A DNA stretch of 64,000 nt, from the NCBI GenBank assembly GCA_041685495.1, contig JAWLFR010000003.1, forward strand, positions 5,470 through 69,469, given 5' to 3'. This DNA is from Bacteroidales bacterium (GTDB taxonomy: Bacteria; Bacteroidota; Bacteroidia; Bacteroidales; VadinHA17). The notes below the pieces were generated by a model that was not told the origin of the DNA, did no database searches, and was given only the letters and a program-made list of their open reading frames with translations. How positions within the stretch are numbered: the first letter of the stretch is position 1; every line of letters begins with the position of its first letter. This document shows, in pieces, positions 20,327 through 29,568 of this stretch. Made by a program: the position numbers and the translations under genes.

Positions 20327-20433
20327 AATGATTTTTGTGTCAAAATAATAATTTTTCTTAACTGTGATACGAACTGATCATAATACCGACAAACTTATTT
20401 ATTAATTATTAATTTTGAGCCAAAGAGCAGAAT

Positions 20434-21678
20434 TTGAAAACAGGATTATTTATATCCAGGCGCCTGATAAGTGAAAGGAAGAAGGGGATGACCTTCTCCA
20501 GGCCAATAAACAGGATTGTTATTGCAGGAATAGCGCTCAGCATTACTGTGATGATACTGGCTTTTGCCATACTCACAGGCTTCAAACAGGAAATAAGGAA
20601 TAAGATTGCTGCCTTCAGCGGGCATATACAGGTGGTAAATTATGATTCCAACTATTCATTTGAAACCGCCCCGGTATCATCCCGGCAGGATTTTATACCT
20701 AAGCTGGCTGAATATAAAGGTTTCAAAAAAATCAATGTTTTTGCCACCAAGGCAGGCATAATAAAAACTGAAGATAATATCCAGGGAGTTGTAATTAAAG
20801 GTGTAGGTCCTGATTATGACTGGAGCTTTTTCAGAAATAACCTGGTGCAGGGCTCGGTACTCAGCCTTAACGACAGCAGCATATCCAACGGGGTGATAAT
20901 ATCAGCATCCATTTCAGGATTACTGGACCTTGGCGTGGGAGATGACTTTGCCATGTACTTCGTACAGGATCCGCCGCGAATGAGGAAATTCACTGTGGAA
21001 GGCATATATGAAACCAGTGTTGAGTCAATGGACAGGGTATATATTTTCGGGGATATAGGTCATATCCGCAGGCTTAATGCCTGGGATGATAAGCAGGTAA
21101 GCGGATTTGAAATCTTTATTGACAACTTCAATGATATCGACCTGATGACCTTTATCACAAGAGATGCTATAGGATATAAGTTCGAAGATGACAGTGACAG
21201 GTTAAAGGTGACAAACCTGAAGATAAAATATCCGCAGATTCTGGACTGGCTGAACTTCCAGGATACCAATGTCATTGTCATCATAATACTGATGCTCCTT
21301 GTCTCTGCTTTCACCATGATTTCAGGTCTGCTTATAATTATCCTTGAAAAAACAAATATGATAGGCATACTCAAATCCCTGGGCGCCAATAACAAGCTTA
21401 TACAGAAGATATTCCTCAATCAGGCAGCATTTATTATAGGCACCGGGCTGCTATGGGGTAATATTACGGGCTATGGCCTGGCATTTATACAAAAGAAATT
21501 CCAGCTAATAAGTCTCGACCCCTCTTCATATTATCTGAATACCGTACCGGTAAACTTTGATTTACTGCATTTCCTGGGCCTGAACCTTGGAACAATATCG
21601 ATAATACTTATTATGCTGCTGATACCTTCCAGGCTGGTAGCAGCCATAAGCCCCGTGAAAGCTATAAAATTCGACTGA
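20434..21678 (+). CDS. FtsX/LolE-family ABC transporter permease
   Basis: 414 aa with a TTG start. It has an N-terminal TM helix, a large periplasmic MacB-like domain and a C-terminal 3-TM FtsX domain (EKTNMIGILKSLGA). Confidence 0.8.
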   Translation: MKTGLFISRRLISERKKGMTFSRPINRIVIAGIALSITVMILAFAILTGFKQEIRNKIAAFSGHIQVVNYDSNYSFETAPVSSRQDFIPKLAEYKGFKKINVFATKAGIIKTEDNIQGVVIKGVGPDYDWSFFRNNLVQGSVLSLNDSSISNGVIISASISGLLDLGVGDDFAMYFVQDPPRMRKFTVEGIYETSVESMDRVYIFGDIGHIRRLNAWDDKQVSGFEIFIDNFNDIDLMTFITRDAIGYKFEDDSDRLKVTNLKIKYPQILDWLNFQDTNVIVIIILMLLVSAFTMISGLLIIILEKTNMIGILKSLGANNKLIQKIFLNQAAFIIGTGLLWGNITGYGLAFIQKKFQLISLDPSSYYLNTVPVNFDLLHFLGLNLGTISIILIMLLIPSRLVAAISPVKAIKFD

Positions 21679-21699
21679 TACGGCTGTCAATAAGTCAAA

Positions 21700-21758
21700 A
21701 GAGCACCCCATGCTCTAAAAAGAAAGAAAATAACTATTTCTTTCATTTTATTTATTTT
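21700..21758 (+). terminator. Candidate terminator region downstream of the permease gene (two hairpins followed by a T-rich tract)
   Basis: Hairpins AGAGCA-cccca-TGCTCT (21700-21716) and GAAAGAAA-ataacta-TTTCTTTC (21722-21744) are followed by attttatttatttt. Confidence 0.35.
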
Positions 21759-21874
21759 GCCCTTTCCATTAAAATATTCTAATCCACTAAGCACAAAATG
21801 AAATAATTTAATATATACACCGGCTAATTATATATTTTATTAATTTCTCCCCTGGCTTACAGGGATGGGTCAAG

Positions 21875-21905
21875 TTTGATATCTCCTGATTCTTGCATAA
21901 ATTGG
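21875..21905 (+). promoter_or_regulatory. Candidate promoter for gatE-gatD (TTTG-N19-TAAATTGG)
   Basis: TTTG at 21875-21878 is followed 19 nt later by TAAATTGG at 21898-21905. This partially matches TTTG-N19-21-TAnnTTTG and lies 20 nt upstream of the ATG at 21925. Confidence 0.3.
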
Positions 21906-21924
21906 GCAAATTATTAATGAAGGG

Positions 21925-23907
21925 ATGAAAAAATTTAACCCAAAAAAGAATTACGAATATACACGAAGGCTTATTGGCTACGTGAGTTTACATAAGGCAT
22001 CTGACGAGGATTACGGGAGGATAGGATTTAAATCAGGCCTGGAGGTACACCAGCAGCTGATGACAACAAGCAAGCTTTTCTGCCGCTGTCCGGCAGGCAT
22101 CTATCATGATGATAATAATTACGACGCCGAAGTAATAAGACATATGCGGCCCACTCTCAGTGAGCTTGGGGAATATGACGGGACAGCTCTGATGGAGTTT
22201 AAAACACGCAAAGAGATAATATACCGCCTGAACAATGAGAATGCCTGTACCTACGAAGTAGATGATACACCTCCCTTTCCCATCGACAGGAAAGCACTGG
22301 ATATAGCTCTTGAAATATCCCTTTTATGCAAACTCAATATAGTGGGGGAAGTGCATATTACAAGAAAGCAATACCTTGACGGAAGCATACCCACAGGTTT
22401 TCAGAGGACAGCAATACTGGGTGTTGAGGGAGAGATAGAGCTCAGCAGCAAGAAGATAAGACTGATACAGCTGAGTATTGAGGAAGACTCATGCCGGGAG
22501 ATATCTGATATTGGCCATACCCGCATATATAAGACTGACCGCCTGGGCATGCCGCTGATTGAGACAGTGACATATCCTGATATGCTAACCCCCTGGGAGC
22601 TGGCTGAGGCTGCAGAATATATCAGGTACCTTAACAGGAGCACCGGCAAGGTGCGCACGGGAATAGGTGCAGGAAGGGAAGACGTAAATGTAAGCTGCGA
22701 AGGAGGCAGCAGGGTTGAGATAAAGGGAGTGTCGCATAACAGCTGGATACCCGAATTATCTCATAATGAAGCTTTCAGGCAGTATGCATTACTACATATC
22801 AGGGACATATTGAATAAAAGGATAGATGACAGTGCGGAATGGAAAATACAGTACAGCGAGATAAGTCCTAATGACAGTGGGCTGATATTTGATCCCGTAA
22901 AAAAAGCCTTCGACGATAATATGAGGGTTTTTGCCATCAGGCTGCCACAGTGCCAGTCCATCTTATCGCATTTCACCCAGCCAGGCAAGATCTTTGCCGA
23001 TGAGATAAGCGACAGGCTGAAGGTCATAGCATGCATAGAAAAGCCCAATATGACTCATTCCGAAGAGATTGATTCTTTAATGCCCCGTAAGAACTGGGAA
23101 AAAGTATCAGATTTACTGGATGCAGATGATGATGATGCCATGATACTGATCTGGGGCCCTTCGGAGGATATCCCAACCGCACTGGAAACGGTTGAGGAAA
23201 GGATAAAGCTGGCTTTGTCAGGGGTTCCCAATGAAACAAGAAAATCATTTTCTGACGGAACCACAATATTCGAAAGGGTGCTGCCGGGAAAGGACAGGAT
23301 GTACCCTGATACCGACTCAGCCCCTATACCCCTGCATGATGATAAGATTGAAAAGATAAGGTCACAGTTGCCTGAAAATGTAGCCGACAGGATCAAAAAG
23401 ATGAAAAAATGGGGTATCCCGGAGGATACTTTTAAATATATACTGAGCAAAAACCTGTACCCTCTTATTGTGTCAATCTCTGAAGATCTTGGGTTTAGTC
23501 CGCGCGAAACAGCCGTCTTCCTCGGTCACAGGTTCAAGAATATTGAAGGAAAAACAAAGGTGCACAAGAACTTCAACTATAATAATATCTATAAGCTTTT
23601 TGAATTTATTAAAGCAAGGGGTCTTCATCCTGGAATTGCCGTACCCATGGTGAGCATACTGTATGAGCATCCCAGGATGAGGCATGAATCAATCCTGACA
23701 ACACTGAACTTCAGGAAGAAGAGCATGCAGGAGATACTGGGCACCATAGATTTTCTCTATGACAAATTTAAGGAAGAGAGGAGATCGGCAGACCCTGACT
23801 GTGCTGTTAACTGGCTTATGGGACAGCTAAGAGGACAGGCAGTGGGCAATGTGGATTTAAGCGAACTGAAGCAAAAGATCGAACAAAGAATAAAAACAGA
23901 TGAGTGA
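21925..23907 (+). CDS. gatE: Glutamyl-tRNA(Gln) amidotransferase subunit E, archaeal type (GatE)
   Basis: 660 aa. It has a GatB/GatE cradle domain (GFKSGLEVHQQL, FCRCP). GatE-specific features are RPTLSELGEYD, GFQRTAILG, SIEEDSCRE (GatB has a different acidic motif here), DRLGMPLIE, EDVNVS...VEIKGV, an inserted domain and a helical tail. Confidence 0.8.
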   Translation: MKKFNPKKNYEYTRRLIGYVSLHKASDEDYGRIGFKSGLEVHQQLMTTSKLFCRCPAGIYHDDNNYDAEVIRHMRPTLSELGEYDGTALMEFKTRKEIIYRLNNENACTYEVDDTPPFPIDRKALDIALEISLLCKLNIVGEVHITRKQYLDGSIPTGFQRTAILGVEGEIELSSKKIRLIQLSIEEDSCREISDIGHTRIYKTDRLGMPLIETVTYPDMLTPWELAEAAEYIRYLNRSTGKVRTGIGAGREDVNVSCEGGSRVEIKGVSHNSWIPELSHNEAFRQYALLHIRDILNKRIDDSAEWKIQYSEISPNDSGLIFDPVKKAFDDNMRVFAIRLPQCQSILSHFTQPGKIFADEISDRLKVIACIEKPNMTHSEEIDSLMPRKNWEKVSDLLDADDDDAMILIWGPSEDIPTALETVEERIKLALSGVPNETRKSFSDGTTIFERVLPGKDRMYPDTDSAPIPLHDDKIEKIRSQLPENVADRIKKMKKWGIPEDTFKYILSKNLYPLIVSISEDLGFSPRETAVFLGHRFKNIEGKTKVHKNFNYNNIYKLFEFIKARGLHPGIAVPMVSILYEHPRMRHESILTTLNFRKKSMQEILGTIDFLYDKFKEERRSADPDCAVNWLMGQLRGQAVGNVDLSELKQKIEQRIKTDE

Positions 23908-25285
23908 TCAGATATTCCAGGGATACAGAGGCAAGGCACTTGACACTCTGAAAAAATACAATGTAAGGGTATGGGGCCAGGCTGTTATTGAAACCACCAG
24001 GGGTGTCTTCACGGGTACCGTGCTGCCCAGGTCTGAGAATGATGATGATATGCACCTTGTCCTGAAGATTGATACCGGGTATAATATTGGTATCAATATC
24101 AGCACCATCAACTCAATGAAAGAAACCGGTTACAAGAAAGCCAATTATAAGATACCCGAGAAGGAATTCCCCTATTCAGATGATAAACCCAGTGTTAAGT
24201 TATTCGGTACAGGGGGGACCATAGCCTCCCGGCTTGATTACCGCACCGGAGCCGTTATACCTGCATTCTCACCGGGTGAACTGTATGGTGCCGTGCCTGA
24301 GCTTGCAGATATATGCAATATTAATACAGAAAAACTCTTTGCCGTATTCAGCGAGAATATGGGTCCCGAACAGTATATAACACTGGCCAAAGCCATAGGC
24401 CGGGAGATAGAGAACGGTGCCAACGGCATAATGATAGGTCATGGCACCGATACGCTCCACCATACGGCAGCCGCCCTGTCATTTATGGTACAGAACCTGC
24501 CGATACCGGTTATACTGGTTGGGTCACAACGCTCATCAGACCGCCCCTCGTCCGATGCAGCACTTAACCTCATCCATGCCTCCTATGCTGCAGCCCATGG
24601 CGATATAGCGGAAGTGATGGTCTGCATGTTCGGTCCCACATCCGATGATTACGGTTTCCTGCACCGGGGTACCAGGGTAAGGAAAATGCACAGCTCCTAC
24701 AGGTCAACATTCAGGACTATAGGTGACACCCCGGTGGCAACGGTAACACGCGATGCCGTTAAACATATCAAAAAAAATACCAATCCGCGCAGGAAAGACA
24801 AGGAGGTAAAAATAATGCCTTACTTCAATGAGCAGGTTACCATGCTTTATTATTACCCGCATATGAGGCCTGAGGTGCTGGACAGCCTGGTGGACATGGG
24901 TTATAAAGGAATAATAATAGTGGGGACAGGATTAGGGCATGTTAACAGGGAACTGTACCCTGCACTTAAGAGGGCAAAAGACAAAGGGGTGGCTGTTTTT
25001 ATGACACTGCAGACAATATGGGGATATGTGCATATGCTGGTTTACGAGACAGGCCGCGATATGATGGCACTGGGAGTGGTACCACTGGGTAATATGCTGC
25101 CCGAGGTGGCATGGGTGAAGCTGGGCTGGGCTTTCGGACAGACAGATGACCCTGAGAAAGTAAAGGAGATAATGCTTAAACCAGTTAATGACGAGATAAC
25201 CGCGAGAGAGCCCTATAATGGATACCTCGTATACCAGGGTGGTGTAGACGAGGTGGAGGAATTCGTAAGGAGATTCAGGAAATAA
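23900..25285 (+). CDS. gatD: Glutamyl-tRNA(Gln) amidotransferase subunit D, archaeal type (GatD; asparaginase-like glutaminase)
   Basis: 461 aa. An N-terminal GatD-specific domain precedes an asparaginase fold (GTGGTIASRLDYRTGAV, HGTDTLHHTAAALSF, VGSQRSSDRPSSDA, HRGTRVRKMHSS). The start overlaps the gatE stop by 8 nt (ATGAGTGA). Confidence 0.85.
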   Translation: MSDQIFQGYRGKALDTLKKYNVRVWGQAVIETTRGVFTGTVLPRSENDDDMHLVLKIDTGYNIGINISTINSMKETGYKKANYKIPEKEFPYSDDKPSVKLFGTGGTIASRLDYRTGAVIPAFSPGELYGAVPELADICNINTEKLFAVFSENMGPEQYITLAKAIGREIENGANGIMIGHGTDTLHHTAAALSFMVQNLPIPVILVGSQRSSDRPSSDAALNLIHASYAAAHGDIAEVMVCMFGPTSDDYGFLHRGTRVRKMHSSYRSTFRTIGDTPVATVTRDAVKHIKKNTNPRRKDKEVKIMPYFNEQVTMLYYYPHMRPEVLDSLVDMGYKGIIIVGTGLGHVNRELYPALKRAKDKGVAVFMTLQTIWGYVHMLVYETGRDMMALGVVPLGNMLPEVAWVKLGWAFGQTDDPEKVKEIMLKPVNDEITAREPYNGYLVYQGGVDEVEEFVRRFRK

Positions 25286-25359
25286 AATGATTCCGGCAAA
25301 GAGAACAGTCAGGGCAGATTATCCATTCCTGTCTGTTTATATCTGCATATCTTTGTTTT

Positions 25360-25998
25360 ATGAAACATGATCATTTTATAAACGGACTGTCCGCCGCCCT
25401 TAAAAAGGATCTTCCGGGCACTGATGTACAGTGGGAAATGGCTTCCTCAGACAGGAAGGCAACAGGTTTTCCCCGTACGAAGCTAAGCGATTCTAAGATG
25501 GCGGCCGTATTGATCCTGCTCTACCCTGTTGATGATATATTATATACAGTATTTATTGAACGGCCCGTTTATGAAGGCGTTCACAGCGGCCAGATATCCT
25601 TCCCGGGTGGCAAAATGGAACTTGCTGACGCTGACCTTCTTGAAACGGCTCTGCGCGAAACATGCGAAGAGACAGGACTGTGTGATGACCATCTGAAAAT
25701 CCTTGGCAGGCTGACGCCCCTGTATATACCGGTAAGCAATACAGAAGTAAGCCCTTATGTGGCCTTCTGCCATCAAAGGCCGCAATGGAAGATTAATAAA
25801 GATGAAGTTGTATCACTTATAGAAGCACCACTGATGGATTTTTTTGATAAAGGAATGCTTAAGGAAAAGAATATGACAGTAAGGGATGAACTGCTCAGGG
25901 TAAAATATTTTGATTATAAGGGAAGTGTTATATGGGGTGCCACGGCAATGATGCTGCACGAGATGCTGGCAGTTATTAAAAGGGAAGGTCTGGTATAA
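25360..25998 (+). CDS. Nudix hydrolase, CoA pyrophosphatase-like
   Basis: 212 aa. It has the Nudix box GGKMELADADLLETALRETCEETGL, preceded by a GQISFPGG motif typical of the NudL/CoA-pyrophosphatase subgroup. Confidence 0.75.
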   Translation: MKHDHFINGLSAALKKDLPGTDVQWEMASSDRKATGFPRTKLSDSKMAAVLILLYPVDDILYTVFIERPVYEGVHSGQISFPGGKMELADADLLETALRETCEETGLCDDHLKILGRLTPLYIPVSNTEVSPYVAFCHQRPQWKINKDEVVSLIEAPLMDFFDKGMLKEKNMTVRDELLRVKYFDYKGSVIWGATAMMLHEMLAVIKREGLV

Positions 25999-26006
25999 TA
26001 CTCCGC

Positions 26007-27488
26007 TTATCCCTCATCAAGGAAATTGGCATAATGCTCATAGCGGTCCAGCACTTCAATAACATAATTATAAGGCTCTTCCCCCCTGCAAAAACCATGT
26101 TCGACCACCGGGTCATGATAAAATTCCGGGTCTGATTTCCGGAGAAGGTAATAGGCCACATTATTATCCCATATATCAGGATCACGACCGTATTTACGGG
26201 CCAGCTGGCGGGCATCAAGAACATGTCCCGGACCCACATTATATGCAGCAAGTATAAACTTTATCCTCTCATCCTCATCGGGAACCTTATCTTCGAACAA
26301 ATCCTGCAGCCATTGTATATATTTAACGCCGGCCCTGATATTATTTTCCGGGCTGAAATAAATATCAATGCCAAGCTGATTACCTGTGGAAGGCATCAGT
26401 TGCATCAGTCCATAGGCTCCTGCCCATGATCTCACATCAGGTTCAAAACGTGATTCCTGCAGAACAAGTGAAGCCAGCAGTCGCCAGTCCCAGTTAATGG
26501 AATCACTGTATTGCCTGAAATATTCATCCCAGCGTGATATTTTACCCTCACCCAGGCTGTAGTAATCAGACATAACTATATGCTTTGTTCTGGAATTCTT
26601 AAAGTACTTGGCATAGATCAGGGCATAGCGTCTTGTATCCCTGAATCCCTCTATCCATTTATTGAGTTCTGCAAGGAGCGCATCAGAGCCGCTTTTCCTG
26701 ACAGCCCATGCCAGGTTTTGTTCAAAGCTGACAGGTGTCTCAAGATCAATATCAGGATAATAGGTGCGGTTAACCATGGCTATATTCTCATCCGATACGG
26801 TGTAGTTAATCTCACCATCGGCGACCAGCTTGATAAGCTCTTCTGCCTCCATGGGTACTTCAACAATATGTATTGTATCACCAATCTCGCTCTGCAGATT
26901 TTTCATTCTCTGGGCATAGGATGATTCTGTCTGCACATATACCGTTTTGTCTGACAGCTCCAGCAGGCTCCTAACAAGCACATCATCTATCTCATCCATG
27001 GTCATCTGCCTCCAGTTATCAGGTCTCTTCTGAACCAGCACCTGCCTTGTCTTGCTTATGGGACTGGAGAATTTAACTCTCTCTTTTCTCTCATTATTAA
27101 CAGTCAGGTTAAGAGCCATAAGGTCTATCCTCCCGTTATTAAGCATCTCAAACGAAAGGCTCAGGTCATTCTCCGTTACAACCTCAAGCTCTATCTGCAG
27201 GTAATCTGCAAACTCCCGGAGTAACTCATACTGAAAGCCCATAGGCTCACCCTTATAAATAAAATAGCTTATGGAGTTATAATCTGTCAGGGCAACAAGC
27301 TTGCCCCTCTCCCTGATCTGTTCCAGGTCGCGACTGATAATACCGGTATCATCCATAACAGATCTCCTGGAATCGCATGAATAAAACGAGTGTAATATTA
27401 TCAATACAGAAATAATTGCCAGGCTTTTAAAAATAAATCCTGCCATATCATCCCGTATATACATTTCCTGTTCAGACATGATATGCAA
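26007..27488 (-). CDS. MltF-like membrane-bound lytic transglycosylase (solute-binding-like domain plus SLT domain)
   Basis: 493 aa. An N-terminal anchor and a type-3 SBP-like domain are followed by an SLT catalytic region (LVLQESRFEP, AGAYGLMQLMPST, AYNVGPGHV). Confidence 0.8.
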   Translation of the reverse strand: MHIMSEQEMYIRDDMAGFIFKSLAIISVLIILHSFYSCDSRRSVMDDTGIISRDLEQIRERGKLVALTDYNSISYFIYKGEPMGFQYELLREFADYLQIELEVVTENDLSLSFEMLNNGRIDLMALNLTVNNERKERVKFSSPISKTRQVLVQKRPDNWRQMTMDEIDDVLVRSLLELSDKTVYVQTESSYAQRMKNLQSEIGDTIHIVEVPMEAEELIKLVADGEINYTVSDENIAMVNRTYYPDIDLETPVSFEQNLAWAVRKSGSDALLAELNKWIEGFRDTRRYALIYAKYFKNSRTKHIVMSDYYSLGEGKISRWDEYFRQYSDSINWDWRLLASLVLQESRFEPDVRSWAGAYGLMQLMPSTGNQLGIDIYFSPENNIRAGVKYIQWLQDLFEDKVPDEDERIKFILAAYNVGPGHVLDARQLARKYGRDPDIWDNNVAYYLLRKSDPEFYHDPVVEHGFCRGEEPYNYVIEVLDRYEHYANFLDEG

Positions 27489-27496
27489 TATAATGA

Positions 27497-29434
27497 TTAA
27501 TTATAAAATGTCCATGCAAGACCATATTTGAACATACGTATATTCATCGGATAATTCGGGCTTGCGAAATAATCATAACCCATCAGTCCATGATTAACAT
27601 GGTCAAATGCCACGAATATCCTTGTGCGTTTAAGTTTTATATTGGCAAAAACATTAATTACAGGATAATTGTCTGTTCTTACCTCTCTCTGGTTATAAAA
27701 TGTCCCGGTTGCAGGCATATAGGCATATGAGTAATAAGCTGTTTTATATTCTGCCTCGAAGCCCAGCTGTGTCTGCAATCTCCCACCGGTAATGGCAAAA
27801 TAAAATTCATGATCAAAATAAAAAGCTGTTCTGGCACTCACAAGTGGCAGGTCCAGAACATTACTGTTACTGCTTTTCTGTAACAACAGCTTATTGTCAA
27901 ATCTTAACTTCCAGAAGCTGAAATTTTTATTCAGCCGGGCAGCAATAACAGAAACAGCAGCATCGTGCTGTGCCGGCATGGCCCTGTTGTTAAAGTATAA
28001 CATATTGGTTATCAGGGCATAATCAATTCCGGCATCCAGACCTATCCGCGGGTAATCAAATGATCCGCCGATATTAATCCGTAATTCCTTGTTAAAATCA
28101 TTCGTCCATTCAAAATGATTACTGCCCCAGCTGTTCATCCACCATGCAGGACCTGCGTTATGGATACTTCCCCTGACTTCCAGGTCAGATTTATTATCGC
28201 CCTCATCAAAGCTCTTGTTTATCCGTCCTTTTACCTCAAAATCTCCTGCCCTTAATCCGGACAGGTACAGTTTGCCGTCGGAATGCCATCCCAGCTTAGC
28301 ACCAATCTTACCGAACAGTGTACCCAGCACCGCGTTTGAGCCATGTGTCCACCGCAATGAGTCAGACCTGATCTCCTCTTCATGAGTGGGCATAATCTGG
28401 TAAAAGACATTCTGTTCATTTACCAGTCCAATGCCAATGCCAAGCTGGAACCTGGCAGATTCACCGGTATTAAAATCAAAACGGAGGGTGTTTTTCATCA
28501 CCCTGTCATATAATGAATCAAGGGTTACATCATTATTAATATATATCGAATCGTAAAAGCCGGATCCGGGATTATCATCTATGTAAATCCTGCTGCCTTT
28601 TTCATATTCCAGTATATGGGAAAATGTACCACTCAGTCCATCTTCCTGCTCATTTTTGAGGCTGTCAGCACCGTGGGTATTATCCCCTTTACCTATAGTG
28701 TATTTCTGGATGAGCTGAAAATTCATATTCTTCATTGTGCCCTGGGCTTCATTCAGTCCTCCCAGGTTAACAGGCACATCCCCGGTATCAAATTCATCCA
28801 GCTCGCCGGGATCCGAAACACCACCATTTTCATTCGTCTTAAGGTTATTGATGCTCCATGATGCAAAAGCCTGGTATTTTTTTCCTGTATATGATGAATG
28901 CAGGGTAAAGGCCCTGTTGTCAGATTTCTGGTAGCTATACTGTCCCAGACTGTATATAATATCAAGGTCAAGGCCTACATTCAGGAATGGATTGACGTTC
29001 TGTGAATGTCTTACCCCAAGTGTTTGCTCCGACTGGTCCCTCTCCCCCCCGTATGTCCATTTCAGTTCTGTAAAGGGCACATGTGTATCTATATACCTTT
29101 TATTAGCGGCATAATGCATATAATACCTCAGGTGCCTGTAGATAAAATTTTCCGGATCAACGGGCCGGTCAAAGAAGTCCGTTTCAACATAGGGCAGGCC
29201 GTAATTGCCAAGATGCTGGAAGAAGGGGGACATTTTTTCTGTTCTCTTATACCTGTGGAAGGTACCGATAAGGGTATCCAGAGGCAATTCAACAATACCG
29301 GTGTAGGTATCATTAAGCGTGTACTGCCTGGTAACATGGGTCACCGAGTCCTTCTTCCCCGGTATTTCCCCGGCCTGGGAAAAAGCATTTACTGTGATAA
29401 AAAGCAGGATGATGTATATGAATGCTCTGTTCAT
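27497..29434 (-). CDS. Outer-membrane beta-barrel protein (Bacteroidota 'putative porin' type)
   Basis: About 645 aa. I prefer the ATG at 29434 (MNRAFIYIILLFITVNAFSQ signal peptide) over the TTG at 29443 in the track. The sequence has alternating aromatic/hydrophilic beta-strand character throughout and an aromatic C-terminus (LAWTFYN). Confidence 0.6.
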   Translation of the reverse strand: MNRAFIYIILLFITVNAFSQAGEIPGKKDSVTHVTRQYTLNDTYTGIVELPLDTLIGTFHRYKRTEKMSPFFQHLGNYGLPYVETDFFDRPVDPENFIYRHLRYYMHYAANKRYIDTHVPFTELKWTYGGERDQSEQTLGVRHSQNVNPFLNVGLDLDIIYSLGQYSYQKSDNRAFTLHSSYTGKKYQAFASWSINNLKTNENGGVSDPGELDEFDTGDVPVNLGGLNEAQGTMKNMNFQLIQKYTIGKGDNTHGADSLKNEQEDGLSGTFSHILEYEKGSRIYIDDNPGSGFYDSIYINNDVTLDSLYDRVMKNTLRFDFNTGESARFQLGIGIGLVNEQNVFYQIMPTHEEEIRSDSLRWTHGSNAVLGTLFGKIGAKLGWHSDGKLYLSGLRAGDFEVKGRINKSFDEGDNKSDLEVRGSIHNAGPAWWMNSWGSNHFEWTNDFNKELRINIGGSFDYPRIGLDAGIDYALITNMLYFNNRAMPAQHDAAVSVIAARLNKNFSFWKLRFDNKLLLQKSSNSNVLDLPLVSARTAFYFDHEFYFAITGGRLQTQLGFEAEYKTAYYSYAYMPATGTFYNQREVRTDNYPVINVFANIKLKRTRIFVAFDHVNHGLMGYDYFASPNYPMNIRMFKYGLAWTFYN

Positions 29435-29502
29435 GGTTCCCAAAGATAGTTAAAAAGTCATGAAACGAACATAAGCCTGGCGCAGCGATCTCATTGGCAC
29501 AA

Positions 29503-29533
29503 TAAAAAAGGCAGGCCTGCAAGCTGACCTGCC
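29503..29533 (-). terminator. Rho-independent terminator downstream of ftsZ
   Basis: On the minus strand, the stem GGCAGG...CCTGCC (29510-29533) is followed by TTTTTTATT. Confidence 0.55.
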
Positions 29534-29568
29534 ATTCCGTCTATAGTTAAACAGGGGGCAGCTATGAG

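Noticed and set aside
25348-25355. A TATCTTTG promoter-like motif upstream of the Nudix gene.
   Set aside because: It ends only 4 nt before the annotated ATG (25360). It cannot drive that start as annotated unless the true start is a downstream Met. Because this is unresolved, I did not report it as a feature.
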